A DNA stretch of 64,000 nucleotides, from contig OY970399.1 in assembly GCA_963720545.1 (NCBI GenBank), positions 896,001-960,000 of the forward strand, given 5' to 3'. This stretch comes from an uncultured Acidobacteriota bacterium. GTDB lineage: Bacteria > Acidobacteriota > Vicinamibacteria > Fen-336. The position numbers and the translations under genes were made by a program. The notes beneath the pieces were generated by a model. The model saw nothing but the letters and a program-made list of their open reading frames with translations. It did no database searches and was not told the origin of the DNA. Shown here one piece after another: positions 1 through 9,554 of the stretch (positions are counted from its first letter, which is position 1; every line of letters begins with the position of its first letter).

Positions 1-1099
1 CCGCGGTGCCCGAGAGAAACGCCGTCGGCAGCGTCCAGAAGACCGGCATGGCGCCGAAGACGCCGAAGCCGGCGACGCAAAACGCAAGCATCTTGAGCGC
101 CGGCTCCTGGAAGATGGCGGCCGCCGCAGTTCCGAACGCGGCAACCGCCAGCGGAAAGGCGACATGAAACCGTCGCTCCCGCCTGCGGTCGGAGCGGCGC
201 GACCACAGCACGATGCTGAGCGTGCCGACGAGATAAGGCAGCGCCGACACCAGGCCGATCTTCAGGTTCGACATACCAAACCCGAACCCCTGCACGATCT
301 GCGGCAGGAAGAACGCGAGCCCGTACAAGGTCGCGACCACGCCGAAATAGATCGCACTGAGCGCCAGCACCTTCGGGCTGCCCAGCGCGCGCAGCAGGCT
401 GAGGCCGTGCTGCTCCGAGTGCGCGTGCTCAACGGCGAGGCGGCGCACCAGCCAATCGCGCTCTTCGGTATCGAGCCACGTGGCCTCCTCGGGCCGGTCG
501 GTCAGGTGCCTGAACACCACGACGGCAAGCAACAGCGCCGGCAGCGCCTCGACGATGAACAGCCACTGCCATCCCTTCATCCCGAGCAAGCCGTCGAGCC
601 CCAGCACCAGCCCGGAAAGAGGCGCGCCGATCACCGACGACAGCGGAATGGCGGCCATGAAATACCCCATGATCCGCGCCCGGTGCGCCGCCGGAAACCA
701 GAGCGTCAGGAAGAAGATGATTCCCGGAAAGAACCCCGCCTCCGCGAGCCCGAGCAGGAAGCGCAGGACGTAGAAGCTCGCGGTGCCGGTGACAAACGCC
801 ATCCCCGCCGACAGCACGCCCCAGGTGAACATGATGCGCGCGATCCAGCGCCGCGCCCCGAAACGCACCAGCAGCAGGTTCGACGGCACCTCGAACAAGA
901 AGTACGCAAGAAAGAAGATGCCGGCGCCAAAGCCGTAAGCCGCCGCCGAAAGCCCAAGGTCCGGCTTCATCGTGAGCGCCGCAAAGCTCACGTTCACGCG
1001 GTCGAGATAAGCAGTGAAGTAACAGACGATCAGTAGCGGCAGGAACCGCCGCGAAACCTTCGCGACCGTCCGCGTTTCGACGGCATCCGCGCTGTTCAT
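1..1099 (-). CDS. MFS transporter, anion:cation symporter (tartrate/phthalate transporter-like); runs off the window edge
   Basis: Not in ORF track. Minus-strand translation from ATG at 1099: MNSADAVETRTVAKVSRRFLPLLIVCYFTAYLDRVNVSFAALTM...GAGIFFLAYFLFEVPSNLLLVRFGARRWIARIMFTWG, typical of ACS-family MFS. Confidence 0.9.
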   Translation of the reverse strand, partial: MNSADAVETRTVAKVSRRFLPLLIVCYFTAYLDRVNVSFAALTMKPDLGLSAAAYGFGAGIFFLAYFLFEVPSNLLLVRFGARRWIARIMFTWGVLSAGMAFVTGTASFYVLRFLLGLAEAGFFPGIIFFLTLWFPAAHRARIMGYFMAAIPLSSVIGAPLSGLVLGLDGLLGMKGWQWLFIVEALPALLLAVVVFRHLTDRPEEATWLDTEERDWLVRRLAVEHAHSEQHGLSLLRALGSPKVLALSAIYFGVVATLYGLAFFLPQIVQGFGFGMSNLKIGLVSALPYLVGTLSIVLWSRRSDRRRERRFHVAFPLAVAAFGTAAAAIFQEPALKMLAFCVAGFGVFGAMPVFWTLPTAFLSGTA

Positions 1100-1112
1100 G
1101 ACGCCGGGAAAA

Positions 1113-1661
<549 letters not shown>

Positions 1662-1700
1662 CGCCCAAGACTACGCTCTCCCGCCTGCCTCCTCGTCCAG

Positions 1701-1722
1701 CCACTGTGTCCGGACACAGTGG
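1701..1722. repeat. Perfect 22-bp palindrome
   Basis: CCACTGTGTCC|GGACACAGTGG with no loop, about 40 bp upstream of the RibD-C gene. Confidence 0.85.
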
Positions 1723-1919
1723 AGGAACAACGTTAGGGAGCCATCTATAGCGACCGCGGTGATATCGCCCGCGCGCTCCACTGGTTCCGGCGCGCGGTTA
1801 AGCACTGAGCGTGATTCTCTTTGGTGCCTGCCGGACAGTTCAAGGAATCACGTTCGACCGCCCGAGCCCTGAGCGCTCCTGACAGCGCAGCCCACTCCGG
1901 AACGGCCCGGGAATACTAC

Positions 1920-2525
1920 CTACGGGCCGCCGAAACTTTCGAGCTCCTTGACCCGATTTCCGCGGATGTTCATGAACCGTACGGTAGTCCCATCTGGCTG
2001 GGTGACGTCGCCGGACTGAACGAATGAAGTTGGCGTGATGTCGGTCCAGTACTCGTGCCAGACGGTGCGCTTGCCGTCGTGGGTTTCGATTTCGTCAATT
2101 TCGAACCGCTTGCCATCCCACGTCATGGTGATGTCGTTGAGTGCGCCCTTGAGATCGCAGGTAAACGACAGATGGCTATTGCACTCCATGCCGGCGAGTT
2201 GCTTCTTCGTACTGTCCCACCAAATGATGCCCATCAGGAACGTCTCGCCGTACGGCGAGGGAATGTGTTCCTGCTCAATGATATCGATGCCGCCGGGGCC
2301 CAAGCTCCACGACTCCTCGCCAGAGCCCTCGATCGCTTTGTTTCCAGTGGCGCTCCCAGGCTCGAAACGTACCTGAAGCTGCCACTTTCCGGAGAGCGCT
2401 TTGGCGAGTGTTGCGAGCGGCGTAGGAGCAGAGGATGCTGGCCGTGTCACGGACTGAGCGCGTCCAGTTGCGGTCACGGTTGCCAAAAGAGACAGGATGA
2501 TTGCAACAGCAGGCTGTGTGCTCAT
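1920..2525 (-). CDS. Secreted hypothetical beta-rich protein (possibly DUF1579-like)
   Basis: Signal peptide MSTQPAVAIILSLLATVTATGRA-Q; LSGKW...GSGEESW pattern; start reassigned to ATG 2525. Confidence 0.6.
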   Translation of the reverse strand: MSTQPAVAIILSLLATVTATGRAQSVTRPASSAPTPLATLAKALSGKWQLQVRFEPGSATGNKAIEGSGEESWSLGPGGIDIIEQEHIPSPYGETFLMGIIWWDSTKKQLAGMECNSHLSFTCDLKGALNDITMTWDGKRFEIDEIETHDGKRTVWHEYWTDITPTSFVQSGDVTQPDGTTVRFMNIRGNRVKELESFGGP

Positions 2526-2805
2526 GTGTTCCCTCAGCAGGTGTATGGAGGCACGGCGGTCCTGATGCCTCGGATCATTGCGTGAGCCGGCGTACGTGTC
2601 AAACGCGGCCACGGAATGCCGTCGGCTGCCCGACCAGCGGATGGGAAGAAGCCCACAGAACTGCATAGCTTGATTTACCAGCCCAAGCGTTAGCCGAAGC
2701 ACGAGAACAGTGCACGATAGCGTCCTAGTCGCTAACTGCTGACGCGCCGCAAGGGTAGCCGCGTCTGGCGGCGATGCTGGATGCTGGGGACGGCCCACAA
2801 TGCGA

Positions 2806-2832
2806 AGAGGTCGCCAGAAACGGGCGACCTCT
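2806..2832 (-). terminator. Hairpin just downstream of the tRNA
   Basis: 10-bp stem AGAGGTCGCC/GGCGACCTCT, 7-nt loop; weak U-tract. Confidence 0.5.
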
Positions 2833-2847
2833 CGCTGCAAGTTGTGA

Positions 2848-2924
<77 letters not shown>

Positions 2925-2952
2925 CCAGATATGAAACAGTATAACCCAAGCC

Positions 2953-2981
2953 TTGACCGCTCCGAGGTCCTAAGGGACACT
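2953..2981 (+). promoter_or_regulatory. Putative sigma70 promoter for the histone-like gene, divergent from the tRNA promoter
   Basis: TTGACC-N17-GACACT on +; TATACT -10 box on the minus strand near 2938-2943, upstream of the tRNA. Confidence 0.4.
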
Positions 2982-3011
2982 GCGCCTCTGGATTTCCTGG
3001 AGGAAAGAGCG

Positions 3012-3470
3012 ATGGTAGACCCTGACGGCGCGCCCGACGACGTCCTCGACAACGAGGGCCGCGCGGTAGTCGACCTGGATGCCGTGACCGAGTTCGTGAC
3101 GCCGGCCGACTTGACGGAAGAACCGATGGCCGACGAGCCTGAGGCTTTCGCAGCGCGCCCCGCACCGAGGAAAAAGGCGGCACGCAAGCCGAAGGCGAAA
3201 GCAGCGGCGCCACGCAAGGCCGCCGCGAAGAAGAAGCCGCGCAAGGCGGCCCGGAAAAAGGCCGCGAAGAAGGCAGCTGCCAAGCCGGCTCGGCGCAAGA
3301 CAGCGAAGAAAAAGGCTGCGAAGACGCGCAAGCCGAGCAAGGCTGAACGCAAGGCGCTGAAGGCGGCTGCGAAGGCCGCTCGCAAGGCGGCCAAGAAGGC
3401 AAAGAAGGCGAAGAAAGCCAAGAAGGGCAAGAAAGCCAAGAAGAAGGGCGGCAAGCGCAAGAAGCGTTAG
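3012..3470 (+). CDS. Histone H1-like Lys/Ala-rich protein with acidic N-terminus
   Basis: GAGGA-like RBS before ATG 3012; Asp/Glu-rich first ~45 aa, then KAAAKKKPRKAARKKAAKK repeats. Confidence 0.75.
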   Translation: MVDPDGAPDDVLDNEGRAVVDLDAVTEFVTPADLTEEPMADEPEAFAARPAPRKKAARKPKAKAAAPRKAAAKKKPRKAARKKAAKKAAAKPARRKTAKKKAAKTRKPSKAERKALKAAAKAARKAAKKAKKAKKAKKGKKAKKKGGKRKKR

Positions 3471-4489
3471 GGCCGGATCACCACCTTCAGGTCGCCCTCG
3501 CCGCGCGCCATCGCGGCGAGAAGCCGCGGCACGTCCGCCAGGGGCGCCTCGCCGCGAAGCAGTTCGTCGAATGGCAGGGCCTGCGCCTGCACTACCCCCA
3601 GCGCCTCGCGAATTGCGGCCGGGGTGTGGTGGAAGGTGCCGACCACCCGGATCTCCTCGTAGTGGACGCGCGCCGCGTCGAGCGCGAGGCGCGTGCCCTC
3701 GGCGCAGCCGCCGAACAGGTTGACGAGGCCGCCTTTCGCGACGCTGTCGAGGGCCAGCTGCGCAGTCTCCGCTAACCCGACAGCTTCGATGACGATGTCG
3801 GGCCTGGCACTGCGCAGTTGCTGCGCCGCGTCTGCGTCGAGGGTCGAAACGGTCGCTTGCGCGCCGAAGGCTTCGGCGCGCTGCAGCGGCTCGCGCCGCC
3901 TCCCCACCGCGATCACCCTGGCGCCGCGCCGTGCCGCAAGGCCAACGAGCATCAGGCCCAGGGGGCCGACGCCCATGACCGCGACCGTGCTGCCGGGAGC
4001 GACCCGCCCGTCCTCGATGCCGCGCAGCGCGCAGGCCAGCGGCTCGACGAGGGCCGCGTGTTCGAGGCGGACTCCCTGAGGGATCTTCAGGAGGTTGCGC
4101 GAGACGATGCGCGCCGGGATGATGCTGCGCTCGGCGTAGGCGCCGTTCCAGAAGAGCAGGTCGTCGCACAGGCTCTCGCGGCCGGCCCTGCAAAAGGCGC
4201 AGGCGCCGCACGGTGCGGAGTTCGCCGCCACCACCGCTTCGCCGGCGATGAAGCCGGTGACGCCGCCGCCGACCGCTGCGACGACGCCCGCCATCTCGTG
4301 GCCGAAGACGGACGGCGGCGTGATCATGCGCGCGTGGTAGCCGCGGCGGAACACCTTCACGTCGGTGCCGCAGGTGAGGGCGACGCTGTTGCGCACCAGC
4401 ACCTCGCCTTCGCCCGGCGCGCCGATGGCAACACTCTCGAGGCGCGCGTCTTCCCTGCCGTGGAGGACGACCGCCCGCGTCGGCGTCAT
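3467..4489 (-). CDS. Zinc-dependent alcohol/polyol dehydrogenase (MDR family)
   Basis: CGTD, GHE, structural Zn CGACAFC...C, GVGPLG Rossmann motif. Confidence 0.92.
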   Translation of the reverse strand: MTPTRAVVLHGREDARLESVAIGAPGEGEVLVRNSVALTCGTDVKVFRRGYHARMITPPSVFGHEMAGVVAAVGGGVTGFIAGEAVVAANSAPCGACAFCRAGRESLCDDLLFWNGAYAERSIIPARIVSRNLLKIPQGVRLEHAALVEPLACALRGIEDGRVAPGSTVAVMGVGPLGLMLVGLAARRGARVIAVGRRREPLQRAEAFGAQATVSTLDADAAQQLRSARPDIVIEAVGLAETAQLALDSVAKGGLVNLFGGCAEGTRLALDAARVHYEEIRVVGTFHHTPAAIREALGVVQAQALPFDELLRGEAPLADVPRLLAAMARGEGDLKVVIRP

Positions 4490-5538
4490 GCGCCGGCCCG
4501 GGTGTCGATCACCACTTTGAGGACCCCGGACGCCGGCTGCGAGGCGACGCGCACAGCCTCGACCGCTTGTGCGAGCGGGAAACGGTGGGTCACGAGGTCG
4601 CGGACGTTGATCTCGCGCTCGAACACGAGGCGCGCGGCCAGCTCCTGCACGTCCACCGACGCGCTGTACGACGTGAGGATCTGCTTCTCCGCGAGCGCCA
4701 GCTGGCCGAGGTCCACTTGCGCCGTTTCGCCCGGTGACGTCGCTGAGAACACCAGCACGCGGCCGCCCGGCCGCACGGCCTCGAGAGCCTGGCTGAAGGC
4801 CGCCGGACCCACGGCCGCGAGCAGCACGCAGTCAACGCCACGATCAGCGGTGAGGCCGCGCAGCTCGGCGAGCACGTCGCCGCGAGCATCGAGGGCCGCC
4901 ACAGCACCGAGCCTGCGGCTGATGGCGAGGCGGTCGTCGATCGCGTCGGAAGTGAAGACGCTGGCGCCCGCCCAGCGCGCGAGCTGCATGAGCAGCAGGC
5001 CGATCGGCCCCTGGCCCACCACCAGCACGGTCTCGTTGGGCTTGATGCGCGCGTGCAGCACCGCCTTGAGGCAGGTGTTCACCGGCTCGACGAACGCCGC
5101 TTCCTCGGCGAGGACGCCGTCGGGAATGCGGATGGTGCCGTCGCGCACGATCCAGTCCATCGCGCGCACATATTCGGCCATGCCGCCGCCCGACGGCTCG
5201 AAGCCGGCGGTCGTGCCGTTGCGCTTGTAGATCGCGCACTGTGCGTAGGCGCCGCGGCGGCAGAAGAAGCACGTGCGGCACGGAATGTGGTGGTGCACCA
5301 CAACGCGGTCGCCTTCCTTGAGGTTCGCGACGCCCTTGCCGGTGCGCGCCACGAAGCCCGCGATCTCGTGGCCGAACACGCGCGGCGGCTCGAGCAGTCC
5401 CTTCTCGATTTTCTTGATGTCGGTGCCGCAGACGCCGCAGACCTCGACGTGCACCAGGATCTCGCCCGCGCCGATCTCGGGGACGTCGATCTCCTCGACG
5501 CGCAGGTCGGAAGCGCCGCGATACACGGCTGCGAGCAA
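4486..5538 (-). CDS. Zinc-dependent alcohol/polyol dehydrogenase (MDR family)
   Basis: CGVCGTD, GHE, CRTCFFC...C, GQGPIG; TTG start; ATGA overlap with the downstream paralogue. Confidence 0.92.
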   Translation of the reverse strand: MLAAVYRGASDLRVEEIDVPEIGAGEILVHVEVCGVCGTDIKKIEKGLLEPPRVFGHEIAGFVARTGKGVANLKEGDRVVVHHHIPCRTCFFCRRGAYAQCAIYKRNGTTAGFEPSGGGMAEYVRAMDWIVRDGTIRIPDGVLAEEAAFVEPVNTCLKAVLHARIKPNETVLVVGQGPIGLLLMQLARWAGASVFTSDAIDDRLAISRRLGAVAALDARGDVLAELRGLTADRGVDCVLLAAVGPAAFSQALEAVRPGGRVLVFSATSPGETAQVDLGQLALAEKQILTSYSASVDVQELAARLVFEREINVRDLVTHRFPLAQAVEAVRVASQPASGVLKVVIDTRAGA

Positions 5539-5545
5539 ATTGAAC

Positions 5546-6391
5546 CTAGCCCGTGACCAGGCTCTTCAGGACGAACATCACGTTCTCGGGCCGCTCGCGC
5601 AGGCGCCGGGTGAAGTACGGGAACCAGTGCGTGCCGAAGGGCACGTAGATACGCACGTTGTGGCCGGCGCGGACCAGTTCGTCCCAGCGCTTCGGCCGCA
5701 GGCCGTAGAGCATCTGGAACTCGAAGCGCTTGCTCGGGATCTTTTCCGCGGCGACGTGCGCCAGCACGTGCTTCACCAGCGACTCGTCGTGCGTGGCGAT
5801 CGCCGGGTAGTTGGCCTTGCCAAGCAGGAGCTCCGCGCACGTGCGGTAGTTGGCGCGGATCTCGTCCATCCTCTGGAAAGCCACGGACTCCGGTTCCTTG
5901 TAGGCGCCCTTGCACAGGCGCACCCGATCGCCGCGCTCGATCGCCACCGCGACGTCCTCGCGGGTGCGCCGCAGGTAGGCCTGCAGCACGATGCCGACGT
6001 TGGCGTGCGTCTTGCGCAGCTTCTGGAAGGCGTCGATGGTGCGCTGCGTGTGCTTCGAGCCCTCCATGTCGATGCGCACGAAGCCGCCTACTTCCTTTGC
6101 CACGTCGAGGATGCCGGCGGTCAGCTCCATGCAGAGCGCCTCGGAGATGTCGAGGCCCAGCACCGTGAGCTTCACCGAGACGTTGCGCTCGACGTGCTGC
6201 GGTATGGCGCGCAGCAGCGCGATGTTGGCGGCGGCGGCGCGGCGCGCGGCTTCCGCCTCGGTCACGTCCTCGCCGAGCAGGTCGAAGGTGCTGCGGATGC
6301 CGCGCTGCGCCAGCGCCACGCCGGCGGCGATCGCGGAATCGGCGGTCTCGCCCGCCACGAAACGGCGCGCGAACACGGCGGGCAGTTGCAT
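5546..6391 (-). CDS. putB: Monofunctional proline dehydrogenase
   Basis: RRFVAGE, SVKLT, RIDME, VLQAYLRRT, RLCKGAYKE, IATHD, EFQMLYG, YFTRRLRERPEN; start ATG 6391. Confidence 0.92.
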   Translation of the reverse strand: MQLPAVFARRFVAGETADSAIAAGVALAQRGIRSTFDLLGEDVTEAEAARRAAAANIALLRAIPQHVERNVSVKLTVLGLDISEALCMELTAGILDVAKEVGGFVRIDMEGSKHTQRTIDAFQKLRKTHANVGIVLQAYLRRTREDVAVAIERGDRVRLCKGAYKEPESVAFQRMDEIRANYRTCAELLLGKANYPAIATHDESLVKHVLAHVAAEKIPSKRFEFQMLYGLRPKRWDELVRAGHNVRIYVPFGTHWFPYFTRRLRERPENVMFVLKSLVTG

Positions 6392-6393
6392 CG

Positions 6394-6777
6394 CTACTTT
6401 CTCCGCGGCTTGCGCCAGCTCGCCTCGACCACGGAGCTGATGCCGCCGCGCACGGCGAAGTCGCCGGTGACGGTGATTTCCCGCGGCGCGATCGCCGCGA
6501 CCAGGTCGTCGAGGATCTGGTTGGTGGCGGCCTCGTAGAAGATGCCGCGTTCGCGGTAGGCGAACAGGTAGAACTTGAGGCTCTTGAGCTCCACGCACAG
6601 CTTGTCCGGCACGTACGCGACGCGGATGGTGCCGAAGTCGGGATTGCCGGTGATCGGGCACATCGCCGTGAACTCCGGGCAGGTGTGGGTGATGGTGTAG
6701 TCGCGCCCGGGACGCGGGTTCGCGAAGGCCGCCAGCAGCGCGGCTGGCGCGGGCTTTCCCCGCTTCTTGCTGGGCAT
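6394..6777 (-). CDS. queF: NADPH-dependent 7-cyano-7-deazaguanine (preQ0) reductase, unimodular type
   Basis: PEFTAMCPITGNPDFG with catalytic Cys, QueF motif VELKSLKFYL, F..RGGI. Confidence 0.93.
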   Translation of the reverse strand: MPSKKRGKPAPAALLAAFANPRPGRDYTITHTCPEFTAMCPITGNPDFGTIRVAYVPDKLCVELKSLKFYLFAYRERGIFYEAATNQILDDLVAAIAPREITVTGDFAVRGGISSVVEASWRKPRRK

Positions 6778-6817
6778 GGGCAGAAAAAAGATTGTAGCCA
6801 CTTATGATTGGCACCGC

Positions 6818-8713
6818 TTGCGCTCTGCGTCACTGCCGAACACCTTGTGCCTCGCGGGCGCCGCCCTCCTCGGCGCGCTCGCGCCGGTCGCGGCGTGCCG
6901 GCTCAACCCGCACGTCCTCTTCAACTTCGGGCCATCCGACCACACGTACCTGCGCGGCTTCGAGCCGGAGTGGGAGATCGATCCCGACGGCCTCGCCACG
7001 CACTGGTCGTCGCACTCGGCACGGGTGCTGCTGCCGGCGGCGGTCGCCGGCGGACCCGCGACCCTCCAGGTGCGCGCGGCGCGCGTCTACAGCAACACGG
7101 CAACCACCACCGTCACGGTGAACGGTGCGCCGGTGGACAGCTTCGCGGCGCGCGGCGGACGCTTCGTCGAGCGCAGTATCGCGCTGCCGGACGCGGTATC
7201 GGGAAGCGGGCCGCTCGTCATCGGCTTCGACACCGCCGGCGACGAGGGACGCAACCGCGGCCTGCACCTCGACTGGCTGCGGCTCGATGCGCAACGCCTC
7301 GCGCCGACGGCGCGCGTGGTGGCGCTTGCCGCCGTGGTGAGCCTGGTGTTCGCCGCACTCGCGCTCACGTTCGTCGCGGGTCGTGGGTGGCAGGTGTGCG
7401 CCGCGCTGGCGGTGCCGGCAGCGCTCGCCATCTACGGAGTGGTGATCGGACCGTTCCCGCTTTCCCACCTGCTGCTGCGCACCGGCTGGCTGCTGATCGC
7501 GGCACCGCTCATCCTTTTGTGGCTGGGCCAGCGGGCGGCGACGGTCGAAGCGCGCCTGGCCGTTTGGCTGGCGCCGGTCGCCCTGCTGCTGCGCCTCGGA
7601 GGCCTGTTCCATCCGCTCTATTACTACCCCGACCTGCGCGCGCACGCCGGACTCGCCCGCATCATCGGCGAGGTCGGCCTCGACTTCTGGCGTCATCCCG
7701 CCCACTACATCGAGCAGCAGGGCGTGTGGGCGGAAGCGGCACTCGGCAAGACCTACGCCTTCCCGTTCTCGCCGGTGTTCCACGCGTTCTTCGCGCCGTG
7801 GGCAAGCGACCTGCTGCGTACCATGGACGCGATGAAGCTGGCGGCATGCGTCATCTCGAGCGCCGAGGTGCTGATCGTGTTCGCCATCGGCCGGCGTCTC
7901 GGCTCGCAGCGGCTCGCCATCTGGGCGGCAGCGCTCGCCGTGTTCTCGCCACCGTCCTTCTCACGCCTCGGCTGGGCGTTCCTCGCCGCGATCTTCGCGC
8001 ATTTCTTTGAGAGCCTCGCGCTCAAGACGCTGTTCGACGGCCCGCTTTTGGGACGCCGCGTTGCGGTGTTCGCCGCTTTCCTGCTCGCCGGGCTCGCGTC
8101 ATACCCGGGCAGCCTCATCAATTTCGGCATCTTCGTGCCGCTCGCCGGCGCGGCGTACCTCTTGGGCCGCGAACCGGGCATCCGCAGGGAGGGCCTCACG
8201 CTGCTGGCGACGAGCCTCGCCGTTGCGCTCGCGACGATCGGCATCGTTTACAACGAGTTCCTGCGGACGTTCCTCAGCGACATGTTGCCGCGCTTCGCCG
8301 CCGGCGAGTCGCGCACAGGCACGCTCGGTGCGGTTGCAACGCTCGCGATGATCTGGCGGCGGCTCTACGCTTTCTTCGGCTGGTGGTACGTGCCGGTGTT
8401 CGTGGCCGCCCCGCTCCTGTGGTGGCGCACGCCGCCGGCGCCGCGTCTCTGGCGCCTGTTGGCCGCGTGGGCGCTCACCTTCCTGGCGCTCGTGTTCCTC
8501 CGGACCGCCGCGCCCGACCTCTTCAGCCGCGTGAAGGAAATGCTCTGGGTGTCGCCGCTCGTGGCGCTCGCCGGCGGCCTGTGCCTCGCCCGCCTCGAGG
8601 CGTTGCGGGCACCTGGCCGCGCGGCCGCGTGGCTCGGCTTCGCGCTGCTCGCCGCCTACGGGCTCGCGTTCTACGGCTGGAACATCGCGGAAAAGTTCGT
8701 ACTCGCGAGATAA
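6818..8713 (+). CDS. Multi-pass membrane protein with extracytoplasmic beta domain, possible GT-C glycosyltransferase
   Basis: N-terminal TM, ~150-aa soluble domain, many TM helices, loop YYYPDLRAH; next to a DPM1-like GT2; start uncertain (TTG 6818). Confidence 0.55.
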   Translation: MRSASLPNTLCLAGAALLGALAPVAACRLNPHVLFNFGPSDHTYLRGFEPEWEIDPDGLATHWSSHSARVLLPAAVAGGPATLQVRAARVYSNTATTTVTVNGAPVDSFAARGGRFVERSIALPDAVSGSGPLVIGFDTAGDEGRNRGLHLDWLRLDAQRLAPTARVVALAAVVSLVFAALALTFVAGRGWQVCAALAVPAALAIYGVVIGPFPLSHLLLRTGWLLIAAPLILLWLGQRAATVEARLAVWLAPVALLLRLGGLFHPLYYYPDLRAHAGLARIIGEVGLDFWRHPAHYIEQQGVWAEAALGKTYAFPFSPVFHAFFAPWASDLLRTMDAMKLAACVISSAEVLIVFAIGRRLGSQRLAIWAAALAVFSPPSFSRLGWAFLAAIFAHFFESLALKTLFDGPLLGRRVAVFAAFLLAGLASYPGSLINFGIFVPLAGAAYLLGREPGIRREGLTLLATSLAVALATIGIVYNEFLRTFLSDMLPRFAAGESRTGTLGAVATLAMIWRRLYAFFGWWYVPVFVAAPLLWWRTPPAPRLWRLLAAWALTFLALVFLRTAAPDLFSRVKEMLWVSPLVALAGGLCLARLEALRAPGRAAAWLGFALLAAYGLAFYGWNIAEKFVLAR

Positions 8714-8727
8714 TCCCCCGGCCACCC

Positions 8728-9495
8728 ATGCTGCACGGACAAAAAGTGATCGTCGTGCTGCCGGCCTACCGTGCCGAGCGCACCCTCGAGCAGACCTATC
8801 GCGACATCCCCCACGATGTCGTGGACGAAGTGCTGCTGGTGGACGACGCGAGCCCCGACGGCACGGCGCGGCTATCGCGCGAACTCGGCATCCCGACCTT
8901 CGTGCACGAGAAGAACCTCGGCTATGGCGGCAACCAGAAGACCTGCTACCGCGAAGCCCTGGGCCGCGGCGCCGACATCGTGGTGATGCTGCACCCCGAC
9001 TACCAGTACGACCCGCGGCTCGTCACGGCGATGGCGGCGATGATCGCCTCGGGCATCTACGACGTGGTGCTCGGCTCGCGCATCCTCGGCAACACAGCGC
9101 GCGGCGGCGGCATGCCGCTCTACAAGTACGTCGCGAACCGCGCGCTCACCGCCACCCAGAACCTGCTGATGGGCACCAAGCTGTCCGAATTCCACACCGG
9201 CTACCGCGCCTATCGCAGCGGGGTGCTGCGCGACCTGGCGCTGCGCGCCAACTCCGACGACTTCGTGTTCGACAACGAGATCCTGGCGCAGATCGCGGCG
9301 CAGGGCTTCAAGATCGGCGAGATCTCCTGCCCCACCAAGTACTTCCCCGAGGCCAGCTCGATCAACTTCGCGCGGTCGGTCGTCTACGGGCTGGGTGTCC
9401 TCGGGACGAGCATCCGCTACCGGTTGTGGAAGTGGGGACTTGCCAGGCCGCGGATCTTCTCGCGGGATGTGTCGCTGCGATTCAACGCTTCCTGA
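8728..9495 (+). CDS. Glycosyltransferase family 2 (polyprenol-phosphate glycosyltransferase, DPM1-like)
   Basis: [48 protein letters not shown]. Confidence 0.92.
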   Translation: MLHGQKVIVVLPAYRAERTLEQTYRDIPHDVVDEVLLVDDASPDGTARLSRELGIPTFVHEKNLGYGGNQKTCYREALGRGADIVVMLHPDYQYDPRLVTAMAAMIASGIYDVVLGSRILGNTARGGGMPLYKYVANRALTATQNLLMGTKLSEFHTGYRAYRSGVLRDLALRANSDDFVFDNEILAQIAAQGFKIGEISCPTKYFPEASSINFARSVVYGLGVLGTSIRYRLWKWGLARPRIFSRDVSLRFNAS

Positions 9496-9554
9496 GGCTT
9501 TCCTGAGGACACGCCGCGATGCGTTTCCGTAGTATCCGCTGAGGAAACGAAATC

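Noticed and set aside
1725..2760. Integron attC sites suggested by GTTAG and CTAAC motifs
   Set aside because: I could not pair R and L boxes into an attC hairpin, and there is no integrase or cassette array.
6778..6817. preQ1 riboswitch or sigma54 promoter upstream of queF
   Set aside because: No preQ1 aptamer consensus in the 40-bp spacer; TGGCAC-CGC-TTGC has the wrong spacing (N3).
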